From: Tubiluchus corallicola
Taxonomy: Eukaryota; Animalia; Priapulida
Length of the DNA: 56,939 nucleotides
NCBI GenBank assembly: GCA_030141605.1
Contig: JAQGDQ010000563.1
Location: forward strand, 82,637 to 139,575
Reading direction: 5' to 3'
Positions 1 through 13,747 of the stretch are shown in pieces. Both the position numbers and the translations under genes were made by a program. The notes beneath the pieces are model-generated. The model made no database searches and was not told the DNA's origin. It saw only the letters and a list, made by a program, of their open reading frames with translations. Positions within the stretch are counted from its first letter, which is position 1, and every line of letters starts with the position of its first letter.

Positions 1-1384
1 ATGATAGTTTATCAATTTAGCTTACAGACCACATATCTTGATTGGTACGAAACTATATAAAATTCAGCAAAAAGAAACAAACCATTATATTAGTAGTAAC
101 AGAACAGACAATTTTAAGTAGCTGCCATTTTGTTACTGAATTCCACAAACGACAATGCACTGTAGGTGTTCTACAAGCTCATGGGTACTTAGAAATCACC
201 CACATAACTGTGATTACAGCAACAGCAACGATTTCGGACTGTACTGGTATGTTGTGATTTGTTATCAGAATTGACAGCCAAATGGATAATTGGAACGCTT
301 TGCTTAATCCGTTTATTGTGCTACTACTTTTCACGTAGAAGGTTGGAATGAATATCACCGCAAAATTTACCTGACGTGAGTCAATGAGGAAGCTGGACCA
401 TTCTCGATGTTACTTCACCTACCTCATCTACTGGACAGTGCAGACTTCGTTTCCAGTGACGTCATCAGTGACTTATGTGGCACGCCAAGATGTTAATGGT
501 CAGTGAACCATCTTAGTGTGGTCAGGATTTTTGGTACACCTTACAGTGAAAGGGTAATTAGTGAGTTCCTAATGTACTAGATCTTGATTTAATCTTTGTC
601 TTTAGTTTGACTTTGCATCACATTTGTTTTTCCATGTTTGGTAAGCAACACGATGTCTATGAAATTTTGCATTTTTTGAAAGTTTGTTGTTATAACAACA
701 TCGCTTAGGTGATTAGGTATAGTTTTGTTGTCTGAGAGAATATCTTCGATAAGTATTTTTAATTTTAAGCCAAATTTTAATATTATTTTTTTAAATTTCA
801 AATTTTAATTTTCAAAGTCTTTCTGTGAGAGTTTAAAAACAATTTAAGAGTACTAGTTTGGGAATTGTTGAAGTAAATGTGGTTTAAAATAAAGAACAGA
901 AAACCAACAAATAAACTCGGCGTCACACATGAGATTTATTTCATTTCATTCTGAAACGCTAAATGTTTTCTGTTTCATACGACGCACTTCAAAATTTTCA
1001 GTTTATTTTCATTACTTTTTTACTTTCATAGTGTGGGACAATCTAGCAAGCCCTGCTTTTTTGTTGGCCGCAACACATACACATTTATATATTGGCAAAC
1101 ATAGCGTGAGGTTTTTCTTGTACGGAAACAGTAAAAAATAATTTGTATTAATTGTAGGTCACTTCACAATATTTTGTACATAAACTCATGGTAAATGTGT
1201 CATAAATGACTTATGAACTATGAGATAGCTGTGTCATTCTGCAATGTTCAGCATCTTTTGACTGTAAAGCACAGAGGTGTGCTTCGATGTTGTTTTTAAA
1301 TTCTGCTGAATTTCTTTGCGAGGATACAGAACTCGCAAAACTAAGACACAATAAAAATGAATTATGTAGAACATATATACATTT

Positions 1385-3820
1385 AAAAGGTAAAAGCAAT
1401 TACAATAATTACAAAAAGGCACCAAATAAATTTAATAACTACAATAGGAAACATAAAAAATAAATATTATATTAATAAATGCAATGATGCATCTACACCT
1501 AGGCAAAAATGGTGTTAAATTAATGACGTACTTAACAGATATAGAAACGATCAATTGCAAATAAATAGTTTACGAGAAAATGACAGTATGATATCTGATC
1601 CAGTTGACATTGCTAACAAATTAAATTCCACATTTATCAATCTCGGAAAATTTGACAACTTGCCACGCCAACATAATGCAAATATACACATTATATACAA
1701 AAACCAATCAATAACACAACCCACTTTCTCATTTACTAGCGTCACAGAATACGACATCTTTAGAATATTAAACAGTTTAAATATAAATAAAGGAAGTGGA
1801 CCATCAGACATGCCAATAAAAATCTTAAAAGACTGTGCCAGCATCATAACTACTCATCTAACATATATCACAAACCAAGTCTTAATGCGCTCAGAATTTC
1901 CAACAGTGAGTCAACAAGCAAACATAACTCCAATACACAAGAAAGATGCTAAAGATGACGCTAAAAAAATACAGACAAATTTCAGTAGTGCATGTACTAG
2001 GCAAAGTATTTGAAAGAGTTATCTACAACCAAATAAACCATTACATTGAAAATAATAAGTTACTGTCAAATCATCAATTCGGTTTTCGAAAACTACATTC
2101 TACAATAGACGCAATAATTGATGCCACTGAAAAGTGGCGTTACAACTTAAATAAAAATAAATATATAACAGCAGCATTTTTAGATCTAAGAAAAGCTTTT
2201 GACCGCCTCAATCACAATTTACTACTAGACAACTTACGCCAACTAGGATTCGATTATACTTCTCTCAAACTAATTAATAATTACCTACACAATAGAAAAC
2301 AAAGAGTCAAGCTGAACAAACACACTTTTTCAACATGGGACACACCACAGAGAGGCATCCCGCAAGGTACGATATTAGGTCCTTTACTCTTTTGTTTATA
2401 CGTTAATAAAATTCATTTAGTTTTACACAATTCAGACTTAACACAATATGCCGATGCTACCACTATCTATACAGCACACGCAGACTTTCTAACATCAAAA
2501 AATAATCTAGAAAAAGACATAACAAATATAAATGCAGCATTTAACTATTTTGGTTTAAAAATGAATGATGATAAAACAGAATTTATGGTAATATCACCCA
2601 AATCAAATGACAATACTTCTAATGCAACACTAAAAGTAGGTGACTGTTCCATAGAACAAGCAAAAACTGTAAAATTTTTAGGCATTACTGTCGACAACAA
2701 ACTCACTTGGGATGAACAGTTTCATCAAATACACAACAAGATGGCATTAAGCACGGCATTCTTACGCCAAACCAGAGGCCATTTAACCAAGAAAACAAAA
2801 ATTCTCATCTACAAAAGTCTAATATTACCACATTATCTATATGGTTGCACTTTACTTCAAAACGTTAAAAATGAAAACTTTAGAAAACTAAATACAATGC
2901 AAAACTATGCACTCAGATTAATCCATGGCTACTCTAACAAAACTGCTAAACAACATACTGCTTCTGCAATATATAAACACAAAAATACCAATATTAGAAG
3001 CCTATCGAGATTACAAAACACTGATATTTCTTTATAAATATATCAATAAACTGAGCATTCCCTTTATAAACAATCCCTTAGCATTCATTCCTGATACCAC
3101 TTTAAATACTAGAACGCACAATTTAAAGCAAATTACAGTAAACAATAAATTTGGAAATAACTCTATATCAAAACAGGCCAAAAATTTATGGAACTTACTA
3201 TCCAGTGAAATAAAACGAATAGAATCTCTCCACCACTTTACAAGAAATTAAAGAATATCAATATAACAGGTTTCAACTTCCACATTGTGCATCTGATACT
3301 AATTACACAGACTCAGCTTTCATCTACCCCTGCCCCTGACTCCATAAAACGATTAAAAATGAAAATTTTTAAAAAATTATGTAATGTAATACGTGTTATG
3401 TTAGTTTTGTAACGTCAAATGACTAAATAGTGTAAATGCAATGAGTGAAATTTATGTAATGTAAAGCATGTTTCGGTCAAAGGTATATATAGTCTAAAAT
3501 ATGTAAATATGTAAGTTGTAAAATATGTCATGTAGAATTTAATGTACTTTTGTAATATTGTTTTGTAAAAATATTTTAATATGGTGTTTGGTATACCATA
3601 TTATTACCATTTTATTACCATATAATATGGTATTTTAATATGTTCGTTTATTGTATATAATTAGGCCTTAGTTTTGCACTTTAGTTTTTTTAGTATGCAC
3701 TGGACGCATTTGTCTTGAACAGTGTTGTTATTTTAACATTACGCTGAGGCTTACTCAATTTTATTATAATGAGTGAACCATTTTAAAGACAAATAAAGAA
3801 TTTATATATATATATATATG
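1385..3820 (+). mobile_element. 5'-truncated non-LTR retrotransposon (CR1/L2-group LINE) with RT region, AT-rich 3' UTR and AATAAA+(TA)n tail
   Basis: ORFs 1555-2013, 1946-3037 and 2925-3251 join by frameshifts into a LINE ORF2 C-terminal half: KGSGPSDMP, YRQISVV, QFGFRKLHST, FLDLRKAFD, GIPQGTILGPLLF, QYADATT, KFLGITVDNKLTW, LWNLL. Degenerate linker residues (NYKKAPNK, KNKYY) reach back to ~1385. No endonuclease domain seen. Ends aaataaagaattt(at)n at ~3791-3819. Confidence 0.9.
1555..3251 (+). pseudogene. Frameshifted LINE reverse transcriptase (ORF2 remnant)
   Basis: At least two frameshifts (~1965 in an A-run and ~2950). The catalytic YADD reads YADA. Confidence 0.88.
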
Positions 3821-4309
3821 TTTCACAATTACCATTAAGTTTCATTCTATTTTTTCGGGCCATTATATTGTCTACTTAATCACATACTCATATTTCATTA
3901 CATATTTCGCTTACTCCATTTTTCTGCACTAGTTCTTGTATTCCGTAGTAATGGTATTATGCTTAACATAATTTGATTAAACACTATTTCATTTTTTTTT
4001 CATTATGTTTTTGTTTGATTTTGTCATGCTTGTTTTCTTCACTGATTTATTATTTATGTTTTATTTTTTTCTTTTGGTTTGACTTTTTCCAGTTTGATTT
4101 ATGTTTTAATCGGTTAGTTAAATGTTTTCCGTATTTTTTTGATCATCATTTCATATGTTTTATTTTATTTTAGTTATTTCGCTCTCAGGTTTAATTTCTT
4201 CCCCCATAAATTTATGCTAACAGTTGATTTTCTTAACCTACTTCGTAATTATGTTTACAATTTTCAATTAGCTACGCTACAAATTTTTTTTTACAAGTTA
4301 CACTAACCT

Positions 4310-4483
4310 GAGAAGGGTAGATGACTTGATGACCAATTGGTCTTTCGCTACCCTTTCTCCTGCACCCCCCTAACTCTTTCCTTTATGCATGATTTATCCT
4401 GTTAATTAATAACTATAGCAATAATAGTCTATTTGTATTCGGGTGTATATGAGGAGATAAATAAAATGTCTATGTCTATGTCT
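4310..4483 (+). mobile_element. 3' terminal remnant of a second LINE (L2/CR1-like tail)
   Basis: Stem gagaagggtag...ctaccctttctc (4310-4359) enclosing the palindrome gaccaattggtc, then AATAAA (~4460) and an (ATGTCT)3 tail at 4466-4483. Confidence 0.55.
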
Positions 4484-7400
4484 TGCTGTTCATAACATAT
4501 CTAAAATTTTGTTGCTGTATAAGTTGTCTTTCATTCTTGGCTTGCCATATGAAAATATATAGTCATAAACTGCACATATTTAGAGGCTTCTTTGTCTAAA
4601 TACTTTTCCTGATTCACAGAATGAAGAGACTTACACAGGTAAAAACAAAGTTTTTCAAAATGATTTTTGCAACAAAATGTTTGTCTGTTTGCAGGGCTTA
4701 ATGCAGAATAAACGCTTTAGCTGGAAAAAGTTTATGGTAAATCAAAAACCCTTCTGGTAAGGGAATACTTATGGTATCAGTCTATTCCCAAATTAGCTGG
4801 CAATTTTTCAGGGTCTCCTTTCTTCAACTCGTTTCCCGCAATTGGTAAAATAAGCCACAATAGTTTATCACAGTCATAATTGATTAATTAATGTGATAAT
4901 TATAGCCTAATGTCTTCGTTTACGACTTATAAAATGACAACCAATCACATTTCTTTGTGATTCAAACACATTTCAACATACATATCTCTGTGACATTATT
5001 ACAGACCGTTAAGCTAATAACGGAACACTATGCAGAAAATACTACGCACAATGTGGAATGGTCATCTGTAGTATTTAATAACACTAGTCATTTTACACTG
5101 ATTTTGACTTCATGTAACAAGTAGTTGTTTGCATTGGCGGGGAGTGGTTCTGGGTGTGGTGTGGATTGTACGTATTATGTGGTGTAATGATTGAGAAACC
5201 CTCAGCGTAATATTAATATAACAGTACTGTTCAAGAAAATTGTGGCCAGTGCAAAGTAAGTAAAGCAACGTGAAACTATGATCAAATTATATACACATAT
5301 GTATCCACACATGTACAAAGACAATATTAAACATATTTATAAAATAATGTTACAAACGCATTTTAAATGCCATGTCATTTACACTATGTGTACATAAGCG
5401 ATTGCATGATTTAACATTTTAGTTTTGATATTATTAAATATTACATTATATTGTATCGCTATTAAAGATATTAAATACCTTTGGAATCGATGAAATAAAT
5501 GTGTGTTTGGGTATATTGGGGTCTGTAATATTTAAATAACAGCTTCACACCGATATCGCATAATTTTAACAATTTTAAGTAGAAGTCTATTGACACCCTG
5601 ATAGACACTTATAGCCGTCGTCTTTAATACTATGGTCACTAGTACCAGTTATCGTTGTCGTTATCATGTAATATTACATATTAATATTATATACGTATAT
5701 AATATTTTAATATATTAAAATATACTCTCTCGCTCGTGATCGTATAACACGTGACCTAAGACACACGACTCATTTAAAGAGTGATTTGCCTCTCTTACAT
5801 TAATTGCTATAAGGTTATTCACAACCTGGCTACTAGAGCTTAAGATAAAATCTATAGAGCAATGATAATTTCTCACAAGATTGTTTCTACGACTCCGCGT
5901 TGTGAAAAGAGTCTTAATCTCCAAAGCTTTCTAGCAAAAGTTCCCGCAATTGAACTCGTAAATTACTTAATGTACACAGCAAATATCCAGATTCGTTTAC
6001 AGAATTTAATGTTGCTTAACTGAAACACCTATCAGCATACTCAAACTGTTCATTTAAGTTAAAGCGAAATCCGTTTATTGTTTACAACAATTACTCTTAG
6101 TCTACTAATATTACAATGTCTGATCTTAATCGCCAAAGACGCTCACAATTTATATTTAGCTCCAAGAGACACTAATCAGATTGTAATCAGAATTACAATG
6201 TGAAACTTATGATTACAATCAACTACACTTTACACTTAAGGTATCTATTACACTGTGAATTTACTATGCAGAGTTGCTCTCAAGTTACGATGCGTTAAGA
6301 TAACTTAACTTGGTGGAATGACCAATGATGACTGTTCAATTGGTCAATTCCAAATCCGTTGCAAGACTTGATTCGTAGCCCAGTGCTTAATTCGTTGAGT
6401 ACGTAGATTCGATGTCCACGCTGGTCTTACGTTCTTTGCTTCTTCAGTCTCTTCTCTCTCGGCACGTGGTTAAACCCACAACCACTCAGTTCCAACTCCT
6501 CGCAGCCTCTCTGTGTTCCTCAAGATCTCATCTTATGTACCCACGCGGAGATTTCATCATATTACGTGCTAACGCTGCAATCTCTGCAATCGCGTCCGTT
6601 ATAGCGGTAACGCGGTATTGTTGCAATAGTTCAAAGGTCACCCTTGTGGCTTGGTGGTTTATGACCAGCCAGATGGTCACGTAACGTAGATCCTTACATG
6701 GGAAAAACACCGCTACTCGACTTGTCCTTTCAGCATCTAACTTCCCAAGATTTCTCTTCGCTTCGCTTGGGCAATAAACTCCTTTCAAGAAAAGAACCAC
6801 TTTCTGCTTCTTCACAATTAGTTCAGCAACTCGCATAATTATTACATACAGGTTATTATCTAACACACGCAATGTTATAAAAAATCAGCTTCGCTTCTCC
6901 TAAACTCAAACACCTGTGACAAACTTATACTCTCTAAATGAACACCTGTTCTATTACTTGTAAACACAAATTCTTGTGACGATAATTTCTAGCCTTACAT
7001 TAAATATATGCTGTATCAGCTAAGTAAGTTCCCATATTATTTTCATAAATTTATCTAATCCGATTAGGAGGTCTCTTTATCAACATAATCTAATGAAGTT
7101 GATAACTCCATTAATTAATCACTTAATGATTTCGAAATTTATTCATAACACACTTGCTGTAAAAATTCACTATTGACTAGCCTGATGCAAAGAAGCGGCT
7201 TTATTTTTTATAAACTTGCGATTTTCGAGTTGGTTAGCATTGAAACGCTTCAAATTTAGCGCTGCACAGACATCTTCCGAAAAACGAAAAATCTGGGAAG
7301 AAAGCGGAAATGAAATCACGTTTGGAACGACACTGCGCATGTGTGACTCTTGCTGTATTTACATGCAAATGAAGCGATACGCTGTTAGTGAAGAGACTGA

Positions 7401-8260
7401 GGTACTCGCATTTTGGTATTTTAGCGTTAAGCTCAAATAACACGTTTGTCAACACTTACTTGAATGCACTATATTTTATAAATGAAAAAATACTAATATT
7501 GACAATGACTGGTATTTCGAGCTGCCCTGCTTTCTTGTTAAATTTCACTTCTGCTTTATAACTGTCTCACTGCCAAGGTATCTTTTGCCTGACGTCACAG
7601 CACTGAGTGTCATGGCGGGCGATAATATTTGTGACAGTACTAACGGCGCTTAATTGAAGTTACCGTATCACATAAAAGCATGCATCAAAACTGTTTTAAA
7701 AATTGGAAAATATATAATTCCGCCTACGCTTCGAAAGAAAATAACATAAAAACATAGTGTGATAGGACCTTCAGGATGTATAGTTGAGTGTGTCTTGTGT
7801 TTCTGCTCAAATTTCTTCTAGGCGTTTGGATAGTTATTTAATTACGTTACACACTTATTCAATAATAATAAAAACGGCTTTTTAAGCGAGTATATTTTCC
7901 AAAATTTGGTTTACCTTGGGATTTTTTTGTGATATCAGATTAACGCAGTTATTTTTATGAAGTAAATTTGACAAATCCGTGTTGCTCTTGTCGGAGATGT
8001 ATATACAACCAAGTAGACCAGAGACAAAATTATCCTAATCAGCAAAGACATGGCTTATTCGGTAGCTGTTTAATGTTTCCTATAGAAGTGTAAATACTTT
8101 ACAATTAAGTATAATTTTTTTACTGAACATATGTGCTCATTGAAGATTATTTCCGCAAAAAGACTCAATATTGCCAGCAAGTCCAAGAGACTATGGTTGA
8201 CGATGGCGCCACATGTAATCTAAAATGGTGGTGCATATATCCATTTTTCTACAGCATAGC

Positions 8261-8301
8261 ATTTTCTACCATCAAATAGTGTCTATTTGATGGTAATAAA
8301 T
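8261..8301. repeat. Perfect 13-bp hairpin
   Basis: taccatcaaatag (8267-8279), loop tgt, ctatttgatggta (8283-8295). Extends imperfectly to attt/aaat. Confidence 0.85.
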
Positions 8302-8870
8302 TGCAGCATATTACGCAATGATGCAAATTGCAAATGATTAAAATACAGTCCAGCTTTGTAACTTGTCAAGGAAATTTTCCGAGCATGCTGCATGGCGGTA
8401 TAGACTAAACTTGGCATTTTCTTAATAAACTGAAACAATATCCATAATTTTCAATATCAGCTCCTGACCAAATAAAATCTCTGTACCAATGAAAAGCTGA
8501 GCATTTTTCGAAACATTATTAGATTCTCAATACCAAAAGCACGGCTTTAATTAAGCTGAGCAAGATTGTGAAAATCTTGCACACGGATTGGGGAGACAAC
8601 GAGAGTGATTGACGTGCTGCAGTTTCTTTGGCTCTTAGCTTGAGTAGTAGGCCACTGGAATTGCAACTGATTTTTTTTATTTGCACAAAACCCTTAAACT
8701 GTGCAATCTCCGTGTAAAATTCGTTCTGCTTTTTTAAAGTTTAATCATCGTGTAAGCGCACTATGCGTTATCGGTAATGCTGCTGAGATTTTCCTTCCTC
8801 CTGTGATAATCGTGATTCTATTTAGTCCCAATACTGTGGGAAAATTAAGAAATAGTTTGTAATAGGGTAA

Positions 8871-9426
8871 ATGCTTTTTTCCTTGTTTGTAACGAAAAAC
8901 GTGATGAGGCTACGCAGAAGAAAACAAATATTTTTTGCTCCTCTGTCCATCTGCGCTCTTTTAATCATTTATGTGATGGTCCATCAACAGCTTTTGTCAG
9001 AATTTTTTTCTTATGAGAAGAATCGCCTGTTTGTTGCAATTATTAGTGCTCCTGTCCGGGATTATCGTCGAAATTCCATCAGGAAAACATGGAAGACTTT
9101 GTGTGATTCTTATTCTGATGTGACTTGTGTTTTCTTCACTGATAAACTGGACAAATTTGGAAATAAGTTGCCAGAAAAAATGGACGCCATCTTACAAAAG
9201 GAAGCTGCCATATATGGCGATGTTGTTTTTGATTACCACACGCCTGGTGGACATAATTTTGCTAGACGGCTACTTTGGGCCATGAAGTGGGCAAGAGAAC
9301 ATTATGATTTTGAGTATTTTCTAAGACTGGATGACGATATGTATCTTCGTCTCGATCGATTATTGCTAGAACTGCCATATCGTCCAAAATCGAGATTGTA
9401 CTGGGGATATTTGCATTGTACAAAAG
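8871..9426 (+). CDS. GT31 family beta-1,3-galactosyltransferase-like (B3GALT6-like), first coding exon
   Basis: Type II membrane topology (basic RLRRRK followed by hydrophobic FFAPLSICALLIIYVMV) and GT31 motifs LFVAIISAP, RRNSIRKTW, WAREHYDFEYFLRLDDDMY (DxD) and LYWGYLHC. Candidate donors AAAG|GTATCA (after 9426) and AAA|GTAATT (after 9434). Confidence 0.85.
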
Positions 9427-12400
9427 GTATCAAAGTAATTCTAAGCACACGGATAAATATCTCTATGTACATACATAATTCATTCTTTTAATGTAGGTAA
9501 AATTCAAGTAAAATTTGGCTAACGGTACAGAGATGGGCACAACGATGCAGTTTATTAGCAACAACTGCAAGTAGTGCAATTACACACTTGCATTGTTTTT
9601 TAACTCGCCACAAGATGGCAGACAAAAAAATGCTCAGTCACCATAGCAATTCGGGCAGTGTGACGTTAGAAGCTGACGACAGCAGCACAACGAACATAGC
9701 AGCTGCGTGTGGCAAACACCATGGCAACCTGCTGCGTGAAATTCTTTTACATTTTTTTACAAATATCATTAGCGCACAAAAGGTTTATGTCCTGCATTTG
9801 CATAAGGTATTCCGGTTAGATATTTCATTAGCTGCTTGAAGATGTTGACTGTTTTTGTGTAAAGATGTTGACTGTTACTTGAGAAAAATGTTTTAGCAAT
9901 AAAAACAGAGAGTTTCAACAATAATATTGTGATAAGCATCTCTTGTAATTAGTAAAATCAATTTAAAGTCGTTATACTTCACGTTTGGGCGAAAAATGTC
10001 GTCATCCGATTTCAATGCAATATAAACACTTATCCTGCTAGGTGCTTTGGAATCTTTATTTAACTTATAGGGCGAACTCTATAAATTAAATAACCCTCTC
10101 GCTATAACCTTCTCGCAAATTTACATGCGTATCTGAAAGTCAACAAAAGCCTGTAAATTAATTACATTTATACAATAAATGTAAACAACTCACACATTTT
10201 ATAGTTTTATAGTATAATCCTATGGATTAAAACTAAAGCATCCACTTTAAATCCAATGACTAATTTTGCATAAACACAGTTAAAACAACATTAGAAAAAC
10301 GGAACTTCTAAGCAAACGCAGCTTGCCTTTCAATATTTTCGATTGTATATTAAAGCGCAAAAAATGTTGTTCGAGGGTTGGTTCTTCCTTTAAATAGACA
10401 AATAACTTAACTACTTGACAAAAATCTGCGGGTACCAGATGAGAAGTGCTTCGTTTACTCAGTGAAACAGCATAAAACAGCTAATATATTTACCGAAAAA
10501 ATGGCACCAAACCACAAAATGATCTTGACACAAAAATGTGTACATTACAAAGCTTTAGAACCCTGTAATGTGGGGCGGATCTCACAATCAAGTATGAGCA
10601 ATCAGCGCTCTTATCGTTTGGTAGCGTGTGTCATACTACTCAGTTTTTACTCAACATATTCCTTGAACACAAAACGTGAAACTAATTTTATGCTGTTTTT
10701 ATGATAAGATAACCCTTTGATATTAATAAATGTTGATAATATAAAATTAGTTCAAACCAAGCGCCAGCAGTTAATTTGTACCCAGGTACCCGTTCAATAA
10801 ACATGTGTTGCTACACAACTCAAAATTTACAGGCTGGAAATACTCCCATAAAGTTTACATCGCCTACAAACATATCTCATTCCACAAAGTTAAATAGGAT
10901 AGCAATAACTAAATCTAGTTACAAATACAAAGATATGCTAAGCTGGTCATTACAAACGACTCTTAATAGATCCATTTGCTGTTTTTACCTGCAAACACTC
11001 ATTGTAACAAAATTAACGTACATTATGTAAAAAGTGAAATTTCTCAATGGCCAGCAAGTTAATCAGCCACAACAGTAAAACTTGTAATTGCTTTATTTGC
11101 AGTCGCATGAATAAACGATATTTGTGAAATGGCTGCTTAATTCAGCATCTTACATAAAATTAGTCATATGGGATTCCAAAATGTGAAATTTAAAAACATT
11201 AAATGTAAAATAAACAAATTACATCATATTCTGGAATTCTATATGATTCACGCTGGAATTCTATGTAACCCGATGAAGGAGAAAATTCTTTTCGAAAAAT
11301 AATGTTCTTATTAACAGGAAATTTGTGGATTAACAATTTTGTGGATATACAACATTTCTCATCAAATTTTAGAATAAATGACCGGAACATTTTGCCATTG
11401 TCATTATCATCGTAGTACTACTGACATTAGTACTTTGCTCTACTTATTTACATTAATTAGTATATTGTATAATATTGGCCCATTATATCAGGTGCAATGG
11501 CATGCACAAGAGCACCAACTCGTCTTGACTCCTGAGATGTGAATCTTTTTAGCATATATACGGGTCAATGGCCTTTAACGTAGAAAGGTAAAAACACGTG
11601 TACAGCAACAAAAATTTACTCTGTTTTGTGAAGATATAAAAAAAATATATAAAAAGTTTGGCAGAAGGGATTAGATATATTTTCGTTACATTTACTCATC
11701 CAGATCACATTGTTAGACAAGCATTGAGTAAGAAACAAGCCTTTTCTTCAGTTAATCAATACTCGTCGATACTCGTGCAGCACAAAAATTTAAGCACAAA
11801 CCAGCGCATCCCTAATCTTCTTGAGCCCCCGAGACGCCCATTCCCCGCGACACTGCCCCAACCCCCCTGCTCCCTCTCTCATTGAGCCTGTCATTTTACC
11901 TTGTATAGCATATTTTAACGTTTATGGTGACTGGGTTTTCAAAAAAAAAACTTATATAGTTCTTACCATAAAGAACCTAAGAACTCTACCTGCTAATAAT
12001 ATATTTTTATTTGCTGGTGTTTAATAAGGCGAATAATTTCTTGTTTATTTGGATAATATTGATACAATTAAATTGACCTACGTCATTATGAATCAGTATA
12101 AGTTGCCTTACGAAAATGACATTTTTTATACACGGTATACAGTTTGCGTTCGGCGTTCCACGAAAATCACGTTGGCTGATTGAATTGATTACGAAAATGC
12201 ATTGTATGAATGCATTGAACTTAAAGAATCGAGGCATCTTCACAGGCAAGCCTTTTATTTAATCAAGATCTCGACATGTACGCTTGCTTGTCAACAGAGG
12301 TCTCTCTTTCATAAAAAGAGGCGCACAAATGCTCTATTTTAGGCATCGTCTGTAAAATTGCAGTTATGGAATTTCTGGCATTCATTCCTCTTGTTCCTCC

Positions 12401-13097
12401 TTTAGGATGCTCTTCTTAGGAATGTCAAATTGAGAGGTTTACACGTTTTTGAGAAATATTCTTATAGACAGACTACTAATTAACCGAGATAAACAAAGTT
12501 TTTCATTTTCCAACTTGTTGCAAAAGATATACAATGAATTTCAGTCTTAAGCAGTATATTTCAAAGATAAACAACTAATTTCATTAGCTAACCTAAACAT
12601 TACCTAAAATGTACATCAAAAGATAGACAGTTGCTTTTACTTTTCCATAATGTGCTGTAAAACGTATTTCATGTTTCAACGAATTTCTCTTTTTATTGAA
12701 TGTAATTTTGAAAAGTGCTATTGTAATTATCTTTAAGGAGACTGCAATTAAGGAGATAGTCAATGCAGTTCAATGTCTTTACAATTTATTATAAAAACGT
12801 ATTCAAAGAGTTTTAGTTTTTGAGTATTTTTGACATAAGTGAGTATCATGATATGAATATACTCCTGCTGTTTACATGTGCGTGTGTATGTATAATGCGA
12901 GCACACATGTACAAATTATCTGTCTTTACAAAATTACTCCAAATTTCATTGTGGGAATTGCAGCTCCATTGATTATTGCGTGATTATTACAATACCACCG
13001 CTGCCGCCGCCTCAACAATGACAACGGCAACGACTGCAGCTAGAGCTACAACTATGACTGCTGCAACTGCTTGTATTTAATGTGTTTAGACACTTAG

Positions 13098-13559
13098 CAG
13101 AAACAAGAAATATGTTGTCTAGCTCTTGATAACAAGTTCGAGAAATGTCACAGCACAGCCACACGTTCCTTAGCCTTGTGGATCCTACAGATGAAGAATA
13201 TAATATACTTTGCTGATAAGAGAATTAATTACAGACGTGTAAACACCACCTCAGCAACGGGTCACCTTATTTGTCAACACTACATCAGCCTACATCGCGT
13301 GTACCCAGAGCAGATATCGAAATTCTGGATGACATGCTCTGGCCGTCCACGTAATGACAATACTATTGATCCAATACCCGGGTACTCGGATATGTGTAGA
13401 TTTCCACCTGGGCCATTGGTGCCATTTCCACTTGGGACGATAGGACCGTGTCAAAACACAACATTTAGCTGGTCTGAAATGTGGCAAGGAAAGGAAAATA
13501 ATGCAAGGCAAAGAACTGAGAAACCTGCATGGCTGAGGCAGGAAAATGACTTTACTTAA
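13098..13559 (+). CDS. Probable terminal exon of the GT31 gene
   Basis: Frame is open from 13098 (acceptor-like ttag/cag) to TAA at 13557-13559. KCHSTATRSLALWILQMKNIIYFADKRI and ICQHYISLHRVYPEQI resemble the C-terminal GT31 motifs. The exact acceptor is uncertain. Confidence 0.65.
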   Translation, partial: QKQEICCLALDNKFEKCHSTATRSLALWILQMKNIIYFADKRINYRRVNTTSATGHLICQHYISLHRVYPEQISKFWMTCSGRPRNDNTIDPIPGYSDMCRFPPGPLVPFPLGTIGPCQNTTFSWSEMWQGKENNARQRTEKPAWLRQENDFT

Positions 13560-13747
13560 ACAATATGGCGGCAGTGAAAAGTGCAATTTTTTTACTCGAA
13601 TCCAAATTAACTGAAATGATGATTATTAGTTTTTAATGTACCAGTTTAACGTCACTTCTGACAGCACTGTCATTACTGAAAATGGTAGCGGCTTAAACAT
13701 AATCTGTTTACATGTCATTCTTTTCTGGAACATTTGAAACTCTACCT

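Noticed and set aside
457-464. TGACGTCA (CRE-like) sites here and at ~7590, 19777, 23235, 27422 and 28566
   Set aside because: Several lie inside repeats and none can be tied to a promoter from sequence alone.
2444-2460. YADA in place of YADD as a novel RT chemistry
   Set aside because: A single substitution in an already frameshifted, truncated copy.
9527-9945. cagagatgggca as a hAT-like left TIR
   Set aside because: The best right-end candidate (aagcatctcttg) matches poorly and no TSD was found.
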